DNA of 64,000 nt, from contig CACKNC010000007.1 in the NCBI GenBank assembly GCA_902601455.1, positions 3,537 through 67,536 on the forward strand, written 5' to 3'. The notes beneath the pieces are model-generated. The model did not search any database and was not told the origin of the DNA. It worked only from the letters and a program-made list of their open reading frames with translations. The DNA is from an uncultured Alphaproteobacteria bacterium. GTDB taxonomy: Bacteria; Pseudomonadota; Alphaproteobacteria; HIMB59; GCA-002718135. Numbering within the stretch: the first letter of the stretch is position 1; the number at the start of each line of letters is the position of its first letter. Shown piece by piece: positions 1 to 11,481 of this stretch. Made by a program: the position numbers and the translations under genes.

Positions 1-600
1 GTTATTATAAAAGCCGATGTACAAGGTTCGGCAGAAGCAATAGAAAATTCTGTAAAAAAACTTTCAACCAATGAAGTTGAAGTTACTGTAGTGCATAAGG
101 GTGTAGGAGCTATTACAGAAAGTGATGTCGCACTCGCTAACTCAAGCAGAGGTTTTATTATAGGTTTTAATGTTAGAGCCTTACCTCACGCCAGGGATGC
201 AGCAAAAAGAGATGGTGTTGATATGAAATATTATTCAATTATCTACGAGTTAATTGATGATGTTAAAAATTTACTTTCTGGATTACTTACTCCTGACATT
301 TCTGAAAAAATTACTGGTAACGTTGAAATTAGAGAAGTATTCAATATCTCGAAAATTGGAAATATTGCAGGTTGTATGGTTAAAGATGGTTCAGTTTCAA
401 GAAATTCTCAAATAAGATTATTAAGAGACAATGTTGTTATTCATACAGGAAGCTTAACAAGTTTAAAAAGATTTAAAGAAGAGGTTAAAGAAGTGAAAAG
501 TGGATTTGAGTGTGGAATTATGATTGAAAATTATTCTGATATTAAAATAGGGGACATAATTGAAACCTATGAAGAAATTAAAACAGAAAGAAAGCTGTAA
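1..600 (+). CDS. infB: Translation initiation factor IF-2, C-terminal part (truncated by window start)
   Basis: Frame 1 is open from base 1 (VIIKADVQGSAEA); VGAITESDV, IIGFNVR, SLKRFKEEVKEVKSGFECGI are IF-2 C-terminal motifs; followed by rbfA-truB. Confidence 0.97.
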   Translation, partial: VIIKADVQGSAEAIENSVKKLSTNEVEVTVVHKGVGAITESDVALANSSRGFIIGFNVRALPHARDAAKRDGVDMKYYSIIYELIDDVKNLLSGLLTPDISEKITGNVEIREVFNISKIGNIAGCMVKDGSVSRNSQIRLLRDNVVIHTGSLTSLKRFKEEVKEVKSGFECGIMIENYSDIKIGDIIETYEEIKTERKL

Positions 601-615
601 AGAATTATACTATTT

Positions 616-996
616 ATGACAGATCAAATGTCTTCACAAAGACAAATGAGATTTAGTGAACTAGTTAGATCTTTAATTAGTGAATGTCTTTTAGTGGAAG
701 ACTTTTATAATATTTCATTTGAAACCACATCTATTACTATATCTTATGTAAAGATGAGTAAGGACTTAAGGTCAGCAAATGTTTATGTCATGCCACTTGG
801 AGGAGAAAATAAAATTAAAATAATAGAAGAATTAAATAAGCAAAAATTTGTTTTTCAAAAATTTATTTCTAAAGCTAGACTTAATTCTAAATTCACACCA
901 AAAATTAATTTTTTTCTGGATGATACTTTTGATGAAGCTGAAAAGATTGAAAAACTTTTATTAAAAAAAAATGTTGCTAGAGATTTAGATGGATGA
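616..996 (+). CDS. rbfA: Ribosome-binding factor A
   Basis: SQRQMRFSELVR, VKMSKDLRSANVYV, FTPKINFFLDDTFD; canonical infB-rbfA-truB order. Confidence 0.92.
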   Translation: MTDQMSSQRQMRFSELVRSLISECLLVEDFYNISFETTSITISYVKMSKDLRSANVYVMPLGGENKIKIIEELNKQKFVFQKFISKARLNSKFTPKINFFLDDTFDEAEKIEKLLLKKNVARDLDG

Positions 997-1897
997 AAAA
1001 TTACAGGGTTGGCTGAATCTTTACAAACCATTCGGAATTAGTTCTTTCTCAGCTATATATAAAATAAAAAAAAAATTTAATATAAAAAAAATAGGGCATG
1101 CAGGCACTTTAGATCCTAATGCGCAAGGAGTTCTACCTATTGCAATAGGTAAAACAACTAAATTAATTCCATTTATAAACTTTGATTCAAAAATATATAA
1201 TTTTACAATAAAATGGAGAGAGCAAACTTTAACTGATGATGCTGAAGGTAAGATTATCAATTATAGTAAAAAAATTCCTCAAGTTAATGAAATTAATCAA
1301 ACTATTCCCTCTTTTCTTGGTTACATTAATCAAATTCCACCGAAAGCTTCAGCAATAAAAGTAAAAGGAAAAAGAGCTTATTCTCTTTTACGTGATCATA
1401 AAATATTTAAATTACAGCCAAAAAAAGTTTTTCTTAAAGAGATTAGATTACTTTATTCAGAAAACGATACTTCTAAGTTTTCTATTGAATGTGGAAAAGG
1501 TTTTTATGTGAGAAGTTTAGCTAGAGATTTGGCTATAAGATTAGGAACTTTTGGTCACGTAATTCACCTAAAAAGAACAAAAGTAGGCAATTTTGACTAT
1601 AAAAGATCAATTTTGCTGGACGATCTTCTAAAAATAGGGCAAAGCGAGTTCGAATTTAATTATTTTCACTCTTCAATTTCCATGCTGGACGACATCTTGG
1701 CTTATGAAATTGAAGAAAGGAAAGATTTATATGATCTTTCCTTAGGTAAATCAATTTTTATTAATAAAAATAAATTAATAAAAAAACCGTTAAATTCAGA
1801 TAAAAAAGAATTAGTTTTTTTATCAAATAAAGGGAAAATTATTTCCTATGGCAAATTAAGTGATGATTTGTTTCAACCAAATAAAGTTTTAATATAG
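989..1897 (+). CDS. truB: tRNA pseudouridine(55) synthase
   Basis: [16 protein letters not shown] catalytic motif, [31 protein letters not shown]. Confidence 0.96.
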   Translation: MDEKLQGWLNLYKPFGISSFSAIYKIKKKFNIKKIGHAGTLDPNAQGVLPIAIGKTTKLIPFINFDSKIYNFTIKWREQTLTDDAEGKIINYSKKIPQVNEINQTIPSFLGYINQIPPKASAIKVKGKRAYSLLRDHKIFKLQPKKVFLKEIRLLYSENDTSKFSIECGKGFYVRSLARDLAIRLGTFGHVIHLKRTKVGNFDYKRSILLDDLLKIGQSEFEFNYFHSSISMLDDILAYEIEERKDLYDLSLGKSIFINKNKLIKKPLNSDKKELVFLSNKGKIISYGKLSDDLFQPNKVLI

Positions 1898-1905
1898 GAG
1901 TTATG

Positions 1906-2175
1906 ATGTCGATAAAAAAAGAAGTAAAAAAAAATATAATTAGTAAATTTTCAATAAATGATAAAGATACTGGTTCTGCTGAAGTCCAAATTGCCGTACT
2001 TACTGAAAGAATTAATAACTTGATTGAGCATTTTAAGAATCATAAACATGATAATCATTCAAGAAGAGGGCTGGTAGCTTTAGTTAATAATAGAAAAAAA
2101 TTATTATCTTATCTATTAAAGAAAGATGACGAAAAATATAATAAATTAATAAAAGAACTAAAAATTAGAGGTTAG
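1906..2175 (+). CDS. rpsO: 30S ribosomal protein S15
   Basis: [32 protein letters not shown] at 1896-1900 favours the second ATG (1906) over 1903. Confidence 0.97.
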   Translation: MSIKKEVKKNIISKFSINDKDTGSAEVQIAVLTERINNLIEHFKNHKHDNHSRRGLVALVNNRKKLLSYLLKKDDEKYNKLIKELKIRG

Positions 2176-2197
2176 TTTAATTTGAAAGAGAAAAAAG

Positions 2198-4282
2198 ATG
2201 TTTGATATAAAAAAAGTAGAATTAGAATGGGCAGGAAAAAATTTAACAATAGAGACTGGAAAAATAGCAAGACAAGCTGATGCATCTGTAATTGTAACTT
2301 ATGGTGGAACAACAGTAATGACAAATGTTGTTGCTGCAAAAAAAGTAAAACCCGATATGGATTTTTTCCCATTAACAGTTAATTACCAAGAAAAATTTTA
2401 TTCAGTTGGTAAAATACCAGGTGGTTTTTTTAAAAGAGAAGCAAGACCAACTGAAAAAGAAACACTAATTTGTAGACTAATTGACAGACCAATTAGACCA
2501 TTATTTCACAAAGATTTTAAGAATGAAACCCAAGTTACCTGTACAGTTTTATCACATGATCAGGAAAATGACTCTGACATTGTTGCTTTAGTAGCAACTA
2601 GTGCAGCTGTTACTTTGTCAGGTTTACCTTTTATGGGCCCTTTGGGAGCTGCAAAAATAGGCTTAGTTGATGATAAGTTTATTGTTAATCCAACAATACA
2701 AGAAATAAAAGAATCAAAGTTAGACTTAGTTGTTGCCGGAACAAAAAATGGTGTTCTTATGGTAGAGTCAGAAGCTCATCAATTAAGTGAAGAAAAAATG
2801 CTCGAAGCAGTTGTTCTTGGTCAAGAGTCATACTTGCCAGTAATAGATGCGATAATATCTTTAGCAAAAAAAGCCGCTAAAGAACCATGGGATATTCCAG
2901 AAAAAGATAGTGAGATTTCAAACCTTCCTAAATTAGTAGCTGATGAATATGCAAGTAAATTTAGTGATGCTTATAAAGTAACAGAAAAACAAAAACGTGT
3001 AGAAAAACTTAATGAAATAAAGCTTGAGATTGAAGAAAAATACTTAAGTGATACTCTTACTGCCGTTATAGTCTCAGATGCTATTAAATCAGTTGAAAAA
3101 GATGTTGTTAGAGGAGAGCTTCTAAAAACAGGCAATAGAATTGATGGACGAGATACTAGCACAGTAAGACCTATTGTTTGTGAAACTGGTGTTTTAAGTA
3201 GAACTCATGGTTCAGCATTATTTACTAGAGGTGAAACACAAGCATTAGTTGTTACAACTCTTGGAACGGGAATGGATGAGCAAAGAATTGATGCCATCGA
3301 AGGTGAATATAAAGAAAATTTCATGCTTCATTATAATTTTCCACCATATTCAGTTGGAGAGGTTGGAAGAGTTGGTTCAACAAGTAGAAGAGAAATTGGT
3401 CATGGTAAATTAGCATGGCGAGCTATTCACCCAATGCTTCCTTCCAATGATAAGTTTCCCTATACATATAGAGTTGTATCAGAGATAACTGAGTCAAATG
3501 GGTCAAGCTCTATGGCTACAGTATGTGGAACTTCAATGTCAATGATGGATGCTGGAGTACCCCTTGAAAAACCAATTGCTGGTATTGCAATGGGTTTGAT
3601 CAAAGAGAACGATGATTATGTGGTCCTGTCAGATATACTAGGTGATGAAGATCATCTAGGTGATATGGATTTTAAAGTAGCTGGAACAAAAGATGGAATA
3701 ACATCTTTGCAAATGGATATTAAAATTACCAGTATTACATCTGCTATAATGAAAGAGGCCCTTGAACAAGCTAAAGAAGGCAGAATTCACATTTTAGGAG
3801 AAATGTCTAAAGCAATAAAAAAACCACAAGAAAAAATATCTGACTATGCGCCTACAATTACTACATTTCATGTTCATAAAGATAAAATAAGAGAAGTGAT
3901 TGGTAAAGGTGGTGCGGTTATTAGAGAAATTAGTGAAACTACTGGTGCTAAAATTGAAATTGATGATGAAGGTTTAGTTAGCGTTGCAGCCGTCGATGCA
4001 AAATCAGGCAATGATGCAATAGAATGGATTAAGGGTATTGTAGAAGAGCCTGAAATTGGAAAAATTTATGAAGGTAAAGTTGTAAAACTAATGGATTTTG
4101 GAGCTTTTGTTAATTTTATGGGTTCTAAAGATGGACTAGTTCATATTAGCCAGCTTAAAAATGAAAGAGTTGAAAAAGTAAGTGATGTCATAAATGAAGG
4201 CGATATAGTTAAGGTAAAAGTTCTTGATATTGATGGCAGAGGTAAAGTTAAGCTTTCAATGAAGGAAGTTGAGGCTGAGTAA
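2198..4282 (+). CDS. pnp: Polyribonucleotide nucleotidyltransferase (PNPase)
   Basis: [42 protein letters not shown]-terminal KH and S1 domains. Confidence 0.98.
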   Translation: MFDIKKVELEWAGKNLTIETGKIARQADASVIVTYGGTTVMTNVVAAKKVKPDMDFFPLTVNYQEKFYSVGKIPGGFFKREARPTEKETLICRLIDRPIRPLFHKDFKNETQVTCTVLSHDQENDSDIVALVATSAAVTLSGLPFMGPLGAAKIGLVDDKFIVNPTIQEIKESKLDLVVAGTKNGVLMVESEAHQLSEEKMLEAVVLGQESYLPVIDAIISLAKKAAKEPWDIPEKDSEISNLPKLVADEYASKFSDAYKVTEKQKRVEKLNEIKLEIEEKYLSDTLTAVIVSDAIKSVEKDVVRGELLKTGNRIDGRDTSTVRPIVCETGVLSRTHGSALFTRGETQALVVTTLGTGMDEQRIDAIEGEYKENFMLHYNFPPYSVGEVGRVGSTSRREIGHGKLAWRAIHPMLPSNDKFPYTYRVVSEITESNGSSSMATVCGTSMSMMDAGVPLEKPIAGIAMGLIKENDDYVVLSDILGDEDHLGDMDFKVAGTKDGITSLQMDIKITSITSAIMKEALEQAKEGRIHILGEMSKAIKKPQEKISDYAPTITTFHVHKDKIREVIGKGGAVIREISETTGAKIEIDDEGLVSVAAVDAKSGNDAIEWIKGIVEEPEIGKIYEGKVVKLMDFGAFVNFMGSKDGLVHISQLKNERVEKVSDVINEGDIVKVKVLDIDGRGKVKLSMKEVEAE

Positions 4283-5015
4283 GAAATTTACCCTACCAAA
4301 ACTAATTGGTCATAGAGGGGTAAAAAATTTAAAGCCTGAAAATACTTTAGAGTCGATTAATACAGCTTTCGATCTTGGTCTCGAATGCGTAGAAATTGAT
4401 GTAAAGGTAAGTAAGGATAATATCCCTCTATTACTTCATGATGATACTTTAGACAGAACTACAGATGGATCTGGTTTAGTTTGTAATTTTACATTTGATC
4501 AAATACAATCTCTTGATGCTGGTTATTTTTTTTATAAATCAAAAACAGACATTAAAGTACCAAGTTTAAGAAATGTTTTAGATTTAATTAAAAGAAAAAA
4601 AAAATATTTAAACATTGAACTTAAACCAAACAAAAATTATGAAGAGTTAAACGTAAAAAATATACTTAAAGAAATAGGCCGAATTTCATATGATAAGATT
4701 TATTTTTCAAGTTTTGATCTTTCAAGTTGTATAATTTTAAAAGAAACGTCACCGTATTTGCAATGTGGTTTCTTAAATGATGATTTTACAAAATTTAATA
4801 TTGATGAGACTATTGATATTTGTAAAAAATATAGTCTTTTTAGTTGTGGAATTAATTTAAATTTTTTCTCTAATTTTATCGTAAATAAATTTATAGAAAA
4901 TGATATTCATGTTACAGTCTATGCTGACAATAATATTTCTAAAGTGCAAGCTTGCAACTTATGGAATAACAACGTTACAAGTATATTTATTGATGATCCA
5001 ACAGAGTATATTTAA
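4269..5015 (+). CDS. Glycerophosphodiester phosphodiesterase (UgpQ/GlpQ family)
   Basis: [30 protein letters not shown] motifs; TTG start overlapping pnp end. Confidence 0.9.
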   Translation: MRLSKKFTLPKLIGHRGVKNLKPENTLESINTAFDLGLECVEIDVKVSKDNIPLLLHDDTLDRTTDGSGLVCNFTFDQIQSLDAGYFFYKSKTDIKVPSLRNVLDLIKRKKKYLNIELKPNKNYEELNVKNILKEIGRISYDKIYFSSFDLSSCIILKETSPYLQCGFLNDDFTKFNIDETIDICKKYSLFSCGINLNFFSNFIVNKFIENDIHVTVYADNNISKVQACNLWNNNVTSIFIDDPTEYI

Positions 5016-5785
5016 CTTTTGGGCATCCCAACAATATTAAAACCACAATCAACATAATGAATTTCTCCAGTTATTGCTGAAGATAAATCACTTACTAAAT
5101 ATAAGGCTGAATTACCCAATTCATCAAGTTTTACGTTTCTTTTTAGTGAAGAATTTTCACTTGTATAATTAAAAACATCTCTTGCATTAGCAATGGCAGC
5201 ACCTGCAAGTGTTCTCATTGGGCCAGCAGAAATTGCATTAACTCTTACATCTTGGTCGCCTAAATCAACACTTAAATATTTTACACTTGTTTCAAGAGCA
5301 GCTTTAGCAACTCCCATCACATTATAATTTGGCATAACTTTACTTGCTCCATGAAAGCTTAAAGTTACTAAACTTCCACCTGGATTTATTATTGGCTGAA
5401 AAATTTTTGCAATTCTAGTAAAAGAGTAACATGATATAGATAGACTATTTATAAAATTATCTTTTGAAGTATCAACATATCTACCGTTTAATTCATTTTT
5501 ATCAGAATAAGCAACAGCATGAATAATGAAATCAATTTTTCCAAATCCTTTTTTAATTTGTGTAAATGTATTTTGTAGATGATCTTCATTATTTACATCA
5601 CATTCAACTAAGATATCTGAATTAACTTTATCTGCTAAAGGTTTAACTCTTTTTAACAGTGTATTATTTTGATACGTAATAGCTAATTGAGCTCCACTTG
5701 CATGAAGTTGTTTGGCTATACCCCAAGCTATTGAATGATCATTTGCAATCCCAATTACAATACCTTTTTTACCTTTAATCATCAT
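5012..5785 (-). CDS. fabI: Enoyl-ACP reductase
   Basis: [38 protein letters not shown]. Confidence 0.96.
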   Translation of the reverse strand: MMIKGKKGIVIGIANDHSIAWGIAKQLHASGAQLAITYQNNTLLKRVKPLADKVNSDILVECDVNNEDHLQNTFTQIKKGFGKIDFIIHAVAYSDKNELNGRYVDTSKDNFINSLSISCYSFTRIAKIFQPIINPGGSLVTLSFHGASKVMPNYNVMGVAKAALETSVKYLSVDLGDQDVRVNAISAGPMRTLAGAAIANARDVFNYTSENSSLKRNVKLDELGNSALYLVSDLSSAITGEIHYVDCGFNIVGMPKS

Positions 5786-6992
5786 ATCTAGACATTAATA
5801 GAGTTGCGTTTGTGCCACCAAAACCAAAACTATTTGAAAGTATATTTTCAATTTTATTATTTTCCTCAGTTTCTAAAAGAATATTATGATTTTTTGCATT
5901 ATTATCTAATGAACTTATGTTTGCTGAACCACTGAGAAAATTATTATTCATCATTAAGAGACAATATATTGCTTCATGAACACCCGTTGCTCCCAGAGAG
6001 TGTCCTGTTAAAGATTTGGTAGAGCTTATCTTAGGCATATCTTCACCAAATGTTTTTTTAATTGCTTCTAGCTCTTTTAAATCACCAATGACTGTGCTTG
6101 TGCCATGTGAGTTTATATAGTCTACTTTACCTTTGATATTTTTTATCGCCATATTCATACATCTTTCGGCACCTTCACCAGATGGTTGAACCATATCATA
6201 TCCATCAGAAGTAGCGCCGTACCCAGTAATTTCACCGTAAATTTTAGCTCCTCTAGCTTTAGCGTGATCAAGTTCCTCAAGCACTAATGTTCCACCGCCT
6301 CCTGAAATAACAAAACCATCTCTTTCAGAGTCATAAGCTCTCGATGCAACTGAGGGGTTGTCATTATATTTTGACGATAGTGCGCCCATTGCATCAAAGA
6401 GTATTGATAAAGTCCAATGTAGTTCTTCACCACCTCCAGCAAATACAATATCTTGTTTGCCCATTTGAATAAGCTCATATGCATTTCCAATACAATGAGA
6501 ACTTGTTGAGCAAGCTGAGGTAATTGAATAGTTTACTCCTTTAATTTTGAATGGAGTGGCAAGAGTTGCAGAATTAGTACTAGACATACTTCTTGGAACC
6601 ATAAATGGTCCAACTTTTTTTGAACCACTCTTTTTACCTAACTCAGAGGCCTTATATAAGTTCATCGTAGACGGGCCACCAGATCCAACAATAATACCAG
6701 TCATTTCATTGGATACATCTTTTTCATCCAATCCAGAATCCTCAATTGCATTTTTCATAGCTATATAATTGAATGCTGCACCATCACCCATGAAACGCAA
6801 AAGACGACGATCAATATTTTCTTCTAAATTAATGTGTGGTTTACCATGTACAAGACTTCTAAATGAAAACTCTTCATATTCAGGAGCTGAGGAAATTCCA
6901 GAATTCAAGTTTTTTAAATTATTTGTAACAGTTTCAGCATCATTGCCTATGCATGAAACAATACCTAGTCCTGTTATTACAACTCTTTTCAT
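5775..6992 (-). CDS. fabB: Beta-ketoacyl-ACP synthase I
   Basis: [14 protein letters not shown] catalytic Cys, [24 protein letters not shown]; between fabA and fabI. Confidence 0.95.
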   Translation of the reverse strand: MKRVVITGLGIVSCIGNDAETVTNNLKNLNSGISSAPEYEEFSFRSLVHGKPHINLEENIDRRLLRFMGDGAAFNYIAMKNAIEDSGLDEKDVSNEMTGIIVGSGGPSTMNLYKASELGKKSGSKKVGPFMVPRSMSSTNSATLATPFKIKGVNYSITSACSTSSHCIGNAYELIQMGKQDIVFAGGGEELHWTLSILFDAMGALSSKYNDNPSVASRAYDSERDGFVISGGGGTLVLEELDHAKARGAKIYGEITGYGATSDGYDMVQPSGEGAERCMNMAIKNIKGKVDYINSHGTSTVIGDLKELEAIKKTFGEDMPKISSTKSLTGHSLGATGVHEAIYCLLMMNNNFLSGSANISSLDNNAKNHNILLETEENNKIENILSNSFGFGGTNATLLMSRYDD

Positions 6993-6994
6993 TT

Positions 6995-7504
6995 TTATTT
7001 ATTATCAGATTGAAAAAGACCAACCTTCATATCTTTAGCTTCGTATATAGGTTCTCCGTCTGCTTTAAGTACACCATCAGCTACCCCTAAAATTAATTTT
7101 CTAAGTATTAATCTTTTTATAGAAATGTGGTAACTCACTTTTTTTACTGTATTTAATACTTGTCCAGTAAATTTAACTTCACCAACACCAAGAGCCCTTC
7201 CCTTCCCTGGCTGCTCTAACCAACCTAAATAGAAACCAACTAATTGCCACATTGCATCTAATCCTAAACAACCAGGCATTACGGGATCTCCTTTGAAATG
7301 GCAGTCAAAAAACCAAAGTTCAGGCTTGATATCTAATTCAGCAACAATTTCACCTTTTTGAAATAAACCGCCTGTTTCATTGATGTTTGTAATTCTATCG
7401 AACATTAACATTGGAGGATATGGTAATTGTGCATTACCTTTGCCAAATAAATCACCATTAGCACAATCAATAAGGTGCTCATAAGAAAAGGAATTTTTTT
7501 TCAT
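6995..7504 (-). CDS. fabA: 3-hydroxydecanoyl-ACP dehydratase/isomerase
   Basis: [38 protein letters not shown]. Confidence 0.97.
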   Translation of the reverse strand: MKKNSFSYEHLIDCANGDLFGKGNAQLPYPPMLMFDRITNINETGGLFQKGEIVAELDIKPELWFFDCHFKGDPVMPGCLGLDAMWQLVGFYLGWLEQPGKGRALGVGEVKFTGQVLNTVKKVSYHISIKRLILRKLILGVADGVLKADGEPIYEAKDMKVGLFQSDNK

Positions 7505-7545
7505 ACTGATATCAAACTAAGTCTTAAATGATAATATAGTATAAG

Positions 7546-8289
7546 TTAACTATTATTTAACACACAATTAATATTATTTTTTATCTTAATATTACTGATA
7601 CTTAAATCTGAAACATCAATCTGTGTTAGGGTATGATTCTCATCTTTAGTATTTAATAATGTGTTAATTATTTTTTGAGCGGTTATTAAACCAGCAATAC
7701 CGGCACAAATACTAGAAATTCCTACAGTCTCACATCTTGGCAAATCTGCATCTTCTTTATTCGGATACAAACAGTTTAAACAAACGTGATTTTTTTGATT
7801 ATTAAAAAGACATATTTGAATATTTTGATTAATTGCTGATGAAAAAATATAACTTAATGAGTTTTTTAAACAAAATTCATTAATTAACTTTGAAGTATGC
7901 CAGTCATCCGTTGCATCAATTATGATATCTGAGTCCAATAATAAAATTAAATTATCTTTGATTAAACGTTGACAGTAAGCTGTAATATTACAATTGGGGT
8001 TTGTTTTTGAAAGTTTTTCTTTTGCAACTAAAGCTTTGAATTTTCCAACATCTTCTAGTGAATATAATATTTGTCTAGCTAAGTTACTATTTTCAATTAG
8101 ATCACCATCAAAAAAAGTTAAATTCTTAATACCAGATGAAACTAAATATTGAGTAAGTGGACAGCCTATTCCACCAAGTCCAATTATAGATATTTTAGCT
8201 TTCTCTAACTTTTGAATATTTTCTTCATTAAAATTTTTAAGAATAAAAAGTCTTGAAAATATTTCATACTCTAAGTCAGAATAACTCAT
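7546..8289 (-). CDS. MoeB/ThiF-family adenylyltransferase
   Basis: IGLGGIG, DGDLIENSNLARQ, DATD, CLNC and RCETVG; the C-terminal CxxC is degenerate (CVLN). Confidence 0.85.
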   Translation of the reverse strand: MSYSDLEYEIFSRLFILKNFNEENIQKLEKAKISIIGLGGIGCPLTQYLVSSGIKNLTFFDGDLIENSNLARQILYSLEDVGKFKALVAKEKLSKTNPNCNITAYCQRLIKDNLILLLDSDIIIDATDDWHTSKLINEFCLKNSLSYIFSSAINQNIQICLFNNQKNHVCLNCLYPNKEDADLPRCETVGISSICAGIAGLITAQKIINTLLNTKDENHTLTQIDVSDLSISNIKIKNNINCVLNNS

Positions 8290-9464
8290 ATTTTCTTTAT
8301 TTCATTATAGATAGAATCTACAATTAAATTAGCACACTTGAGTTTTGAAAATTTAGAATAATTTACAATTTTATTTTTAGTTAAAATTGAAATTTTGTTT
8401 TCATCTAAACCAAACACTTTATTTTTTTTACTTATTTTATTATAAATTATCATATCACAATTTTTTTCTTTTAGTTTTTTTCTGGCTGGTATTTTACTAT
8501 CTGTTTCTGCGGAAAACCCTACTACAAATCTAGGTCGATTCCTTTTTTGAGTTGATATTTTCTTTAATATATCAATATTTTTTACTAATTTGAGTGTTGT
8601 CAAAGTATTCTTTTTTATTTTCTGATTACTAATTTTTTTTACTTTAAAATCAGCAATTGCAGCACTAAACACTGCTACATCTATTTTTTTATTATGCTTA
8701 TTAGTTTGGATAAGCATTTCATAAGCGGTTTTAACTTTAATTAATTTCACATTTTTTGGAGGCTGAATATTAGTTGGTCCAGAAATTAATATCACTTTTG
8801 CCCCTCTATTAACTAGTTGTTTGGCAATTTCATAACCTTGCTTTCCAGATGAATAATTAGAAATATATCTTATTGGATCAATATTTTCTAAAGTTGGTCC
8901 TGCAGTTATCAAACATTTCTTATTAATAAGCTGCTTATTAGAGTCAAATTTAGATAATAAAATACTTACAATATTTTTAGTATCTTCTATTCTGCCTTCA
9001 CCAAATTCACCACATTTTAATTTTCCAATTTTAGGTCCAATAAAATCAATGCCAATTGAATTAAGATATTGCACATTTTTTTTATTTATAGGATTGTTCC
9101 ACATCATCGTATTCATTGCTGGAATTAAGATAATTTCCTTATTTGAGGCTAGTAAAGTAGTTGAAGCCAAATTATCACCATAGCCATTGGCTAATTTTGC
9201 AATTGTATTAGCAGTCGCAGGGCATACCACTATTAAATCATTTACTCTCGATAAATTAATATGAAGCATTTTTTCTTTTTTTTCACTTGCATCAGTATAA
9301 ATTTTACCTGAAATACTTTTTTTTAATATTTTTGAATTTAATAATCTTTTAGCATTATTTGTTATTATACAATTTACTTCAATTTTACTTACCTTTAATT
9401 CATTTAATATTTCATAACATTTAGAAATAGCTATGGAACCAGTAATTATAAAAAGTATCTTCAC
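8286..9464 (-). CDS. coaBC: Phosphopantothenoylcysteine decarboxylase/ligase
   Basis: TGSIA, PATANTIAK, PAMNTMMW, LKCGEFGEGR, ITAGPTLENIDPIRYISNYSSGKQG; GTG start. Confidence 0.96.
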   Translation of the reverse strand: MKILFIITGSIAISKCYEILNELKVSKIEVNCIITNNAKRLLNSKILKKSISGKIYTDASEKKEKMLHINLSRVNDLIVVCPATANTIAKLANGYGDNLASTTLLASNKEIILIPAMNTMMWNNPINKKNVQYLNSIGIDFIGPKIGKLKCGEFGEGRIEDTKNIVSILLSKFDSNKQLINKKCLITAGPTLENIDPIRYISNYSSGKQGYEIAKQLVNRGAKVILISGPTNIQPPKNVKLIKVKTAYEMLIQTNKHNKKIDVAVFSAAIADFKVKKISNQKIKKNTLTTLKLVKNIDILKKISTQKRNRPRFVVGFSAETDSKIPARKKLKEKNCDMIIYNKISKKNKVFGLDENKISILTKNKIVNYSKFSKLKCANLIVDSIYNEIKKI

Positions 9465-10192
9465 TAATATTTAAATCCTTTATGAATTGAAACAATTCCA
9501 TCAAATAGATTTATGTATTCAACAGATTTAAAACCCGCAGCTTCTATTTTTTTCTTCAGTTCATCTTGTTTTGGAAACATATCTATACTTTCATTTAGAT
9601 AATTATATGCCTCTTGATTATTAGAAAATATTTTACCAAATACTGGAATTAAATTGGATTTATAATAGGAATATATATTGCCAATTACAAAGGAGCTGGG
9701 TTGACTGAATTCAAGACAATAATATTGTCCTCCAGGCTTAAGTATCCTGAAAGCCTCTTTAAAAGATTTGTCAATATTGGTTATATTTCTTAAGCAAAAG
9801 GAAATAATATATTTGTCATAAACATTATCGGCAAATGTCAATTTTTCTGCATTTTGTTGATAAAAGCGTATGTTACCCTTTTTAAGACGTTTTTTCCCCT
9901 CAAGAAGCATTTTTTTGTTAAGATCAACGATATCTATATTTGCATTTAAAATTTTTTTTTGTATTTCTGATACTAAATCTCCTGATCCAGATCCAACATC
10001 TATAATTTTATCAGCCAAAGAAGGGTTAACTATATCTATAAATATTTTTTTCCACAGTCTATGTGTCCCAAAACTCATTACATCATTCATTAGGTCATAA
10101 TTTATGGCAACATTTGAAAAAACTTTTTGAACTAGTTTAGTTTTTTCTTTAGGGGTTACTTTTGTATAACCAAAGTTTGATGTTTTACTCAT
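9464..10192 (-). CDS. ubiE: Ubiquinone/menaquinone C-methyltransferase
   Basis: VFSNVAINYDLMNDVMSFGTHRLWK, DVGSGSGD, LRNIT, RILKPGG. Confidence 0.94.
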   Translation of the reverse strand: MSKTSNFGYTKVTPKEKTKLVQKVFSNVAINYDLMNDVMSFGTHRLWKKIFIDIVNPSLADKIIDVGSGSGDLVSEIQKKILNANIDIVDLNKKMLLEGKKRLKKGNIRFYQQNAEKLTFADNVYDKYIISFCLRNITNIDKSFKEAFRILKPGGQYYCLEFSQPSSFVIGNIYSYYKSNLIPVFGKIFSNNQEAYNYLNESIDMFPKQDELKKKIEAAGFKSVEYINLFDGIVSIHKGFKY

Positions 10193-10195
10193 TTT

Positions 10196-11005
10196 ATGCC
10201 TGAATTACCTGAAGTTGAAACTACTGTTAAGAGTCTAAATATATTAAAAAACAAAAAAGTCATTAGTGTTGATATTCATTCCAAAAAACTGAGGTATTCA
10301 GTACCTCATTTAAAAATAAAAAAAATAATTAATTATAGAATTATAAACATAAAGAGAATTTCTAAATACGTTATTATAGATTTTGCAAATTTAAAAAGTA
10401 TTATTACTCATTTGGGAATGTCGGGTAGGTTAAGAATAACTACAATTAATTCAGCAATAAAAAAACATGATCATATAGTAATTAAATTTAAAAATCTTAA
10501 GTTAACTTATAATGATCCCAGAAGATTTGGATTCGTTGATATAGTTAATTCTGATAAAATAAATAACATCAAATATATTAAAAAACTTGGAAAAGATGCC
10601 TTGGACAAAAATTTTTCTGAAGATTATTTATATGATAAAACTTGTAAATCTGAAGTTCTAATTAAACAGATTTTACTAAATCAACATATAGTAGCAGGAA
10701 TAGGTAACATTTATGCATCTGAAATACTTTACGATGCAAAAATATCACCTTTGAGAAAAGGAAGTAGTCTAAAAAAGTACCAGATTGGTACGATTATTAA
10801 ATCAACAAGAAAAATTTTAAAAAAAGCAATTAAATATGGAGGGTCATCTATTAATGATTATGTTGCACCAGACGGTACATTGGGTAATTTCCAAAACAGC
10901 TTTAAGGTCTATGGTCGTGATGGAAGTAAAATTAGAGGTCATGAGATAAAAAAAGAGGTTTTGTATGGTAGATCAACCTTTTTTTGTCCTCAAATACAAA
11001 AATGA
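10196..11005 (+). CDS. mutM: Formamidopyrimidine-DNA glycosylase
   Basis: N-terminal MPELPEVE, HLGMSG, DPRRFG, AGIGNIYASE; zinc finger degenerate (one Cys left). Confidence 0.96.
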   Translation: MPELPEVETTVKSLNILKNKKVISVDIHSKKLRYSVPHLKIKKIINYRIINIKRISKYVIIDFANLKSIITHLGMSGRLRITTINSAIKKHDHIVIKFKNLKLTYNDPRRFGFVDIVNSDKINNIKYIKKLGKDALDKNFSEDYLYDKTCKSEVLIKQILLNQHIVAGIGNIYASEILYDAKISPLRKGSSLKKYQIGTIIKSTRKILKKAIKYGGSSINDYVAPDGTLGNFQNSFKVYGRDGSKIRGHEIKKEVLYGRSTFFCPQIQK

Positions 11006-11019
11006 TTTAAATATAAAAG

Positions 11020-11049
11020 TTGACTTTAAATATATTAAATTTATAGACT
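11020..11049 (+). promoter_or_regulatory. Sigma70-type promoter for rpsT (probably leaderless)
   Basis: TTGACT at 11020-11025; TATAGA/TAGACT at 11042-11049; ATG at 11057 with no SD. Confidence 0.55.
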
Positions 11050-11056
11050 TTTTTTA

Positions 11057-11317
11057 ATGGCTAACCATAAATCTGCTAAGAAAAGATCTGTTCAATCTAA
11101 AGTAAAAAATACTGTTAATAAGCAATATTTAACCAAAATTAGAACGACTATAAATAAATTCAACAATTCTCTTAAAAATAATAATGCAGATGAGACTATT
11201 ACTTCATTAAGGGATGTCAACTCTATTATGGCAAAAGCTGTAAAAAAAGGCATTTTAAAAAAAGAATATATGTCTAGAAAGTTATCCTCGTTATCAAATT
11301 ATATTAAAAAAAATTAA
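11057..11317 (+). CDS. rpsT: 30S ribosomal protein S20
   Basis: MANHKSAKKR N-terminus, AVKKGIL; upstream of dnaA as in other alphaproteobacteria. Confidence 0.95.
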   Translation: MANHKSAKKRSVQSKVKNTVNKQYLTKIRTTINKFNNSLKNNNADETITSLRDVNSIMAKAVKKGILKKEYMSRKLSSLSNYIKKN

Positions 11318-11481
11318 TTTTTTTTTTAGTTTTTTCACTTTTATTCTTGAAAAAAATACTTAAAGAGTGTTCATTGTCTTTATTATAATTGGTGATTATA
11401 ATTAATGATCTTGATTTTACGTCTTTGATTTTTTTACGTAAAATTTAATAAAAAAAAAATCAAAAAAATATTAGGGGGCCA

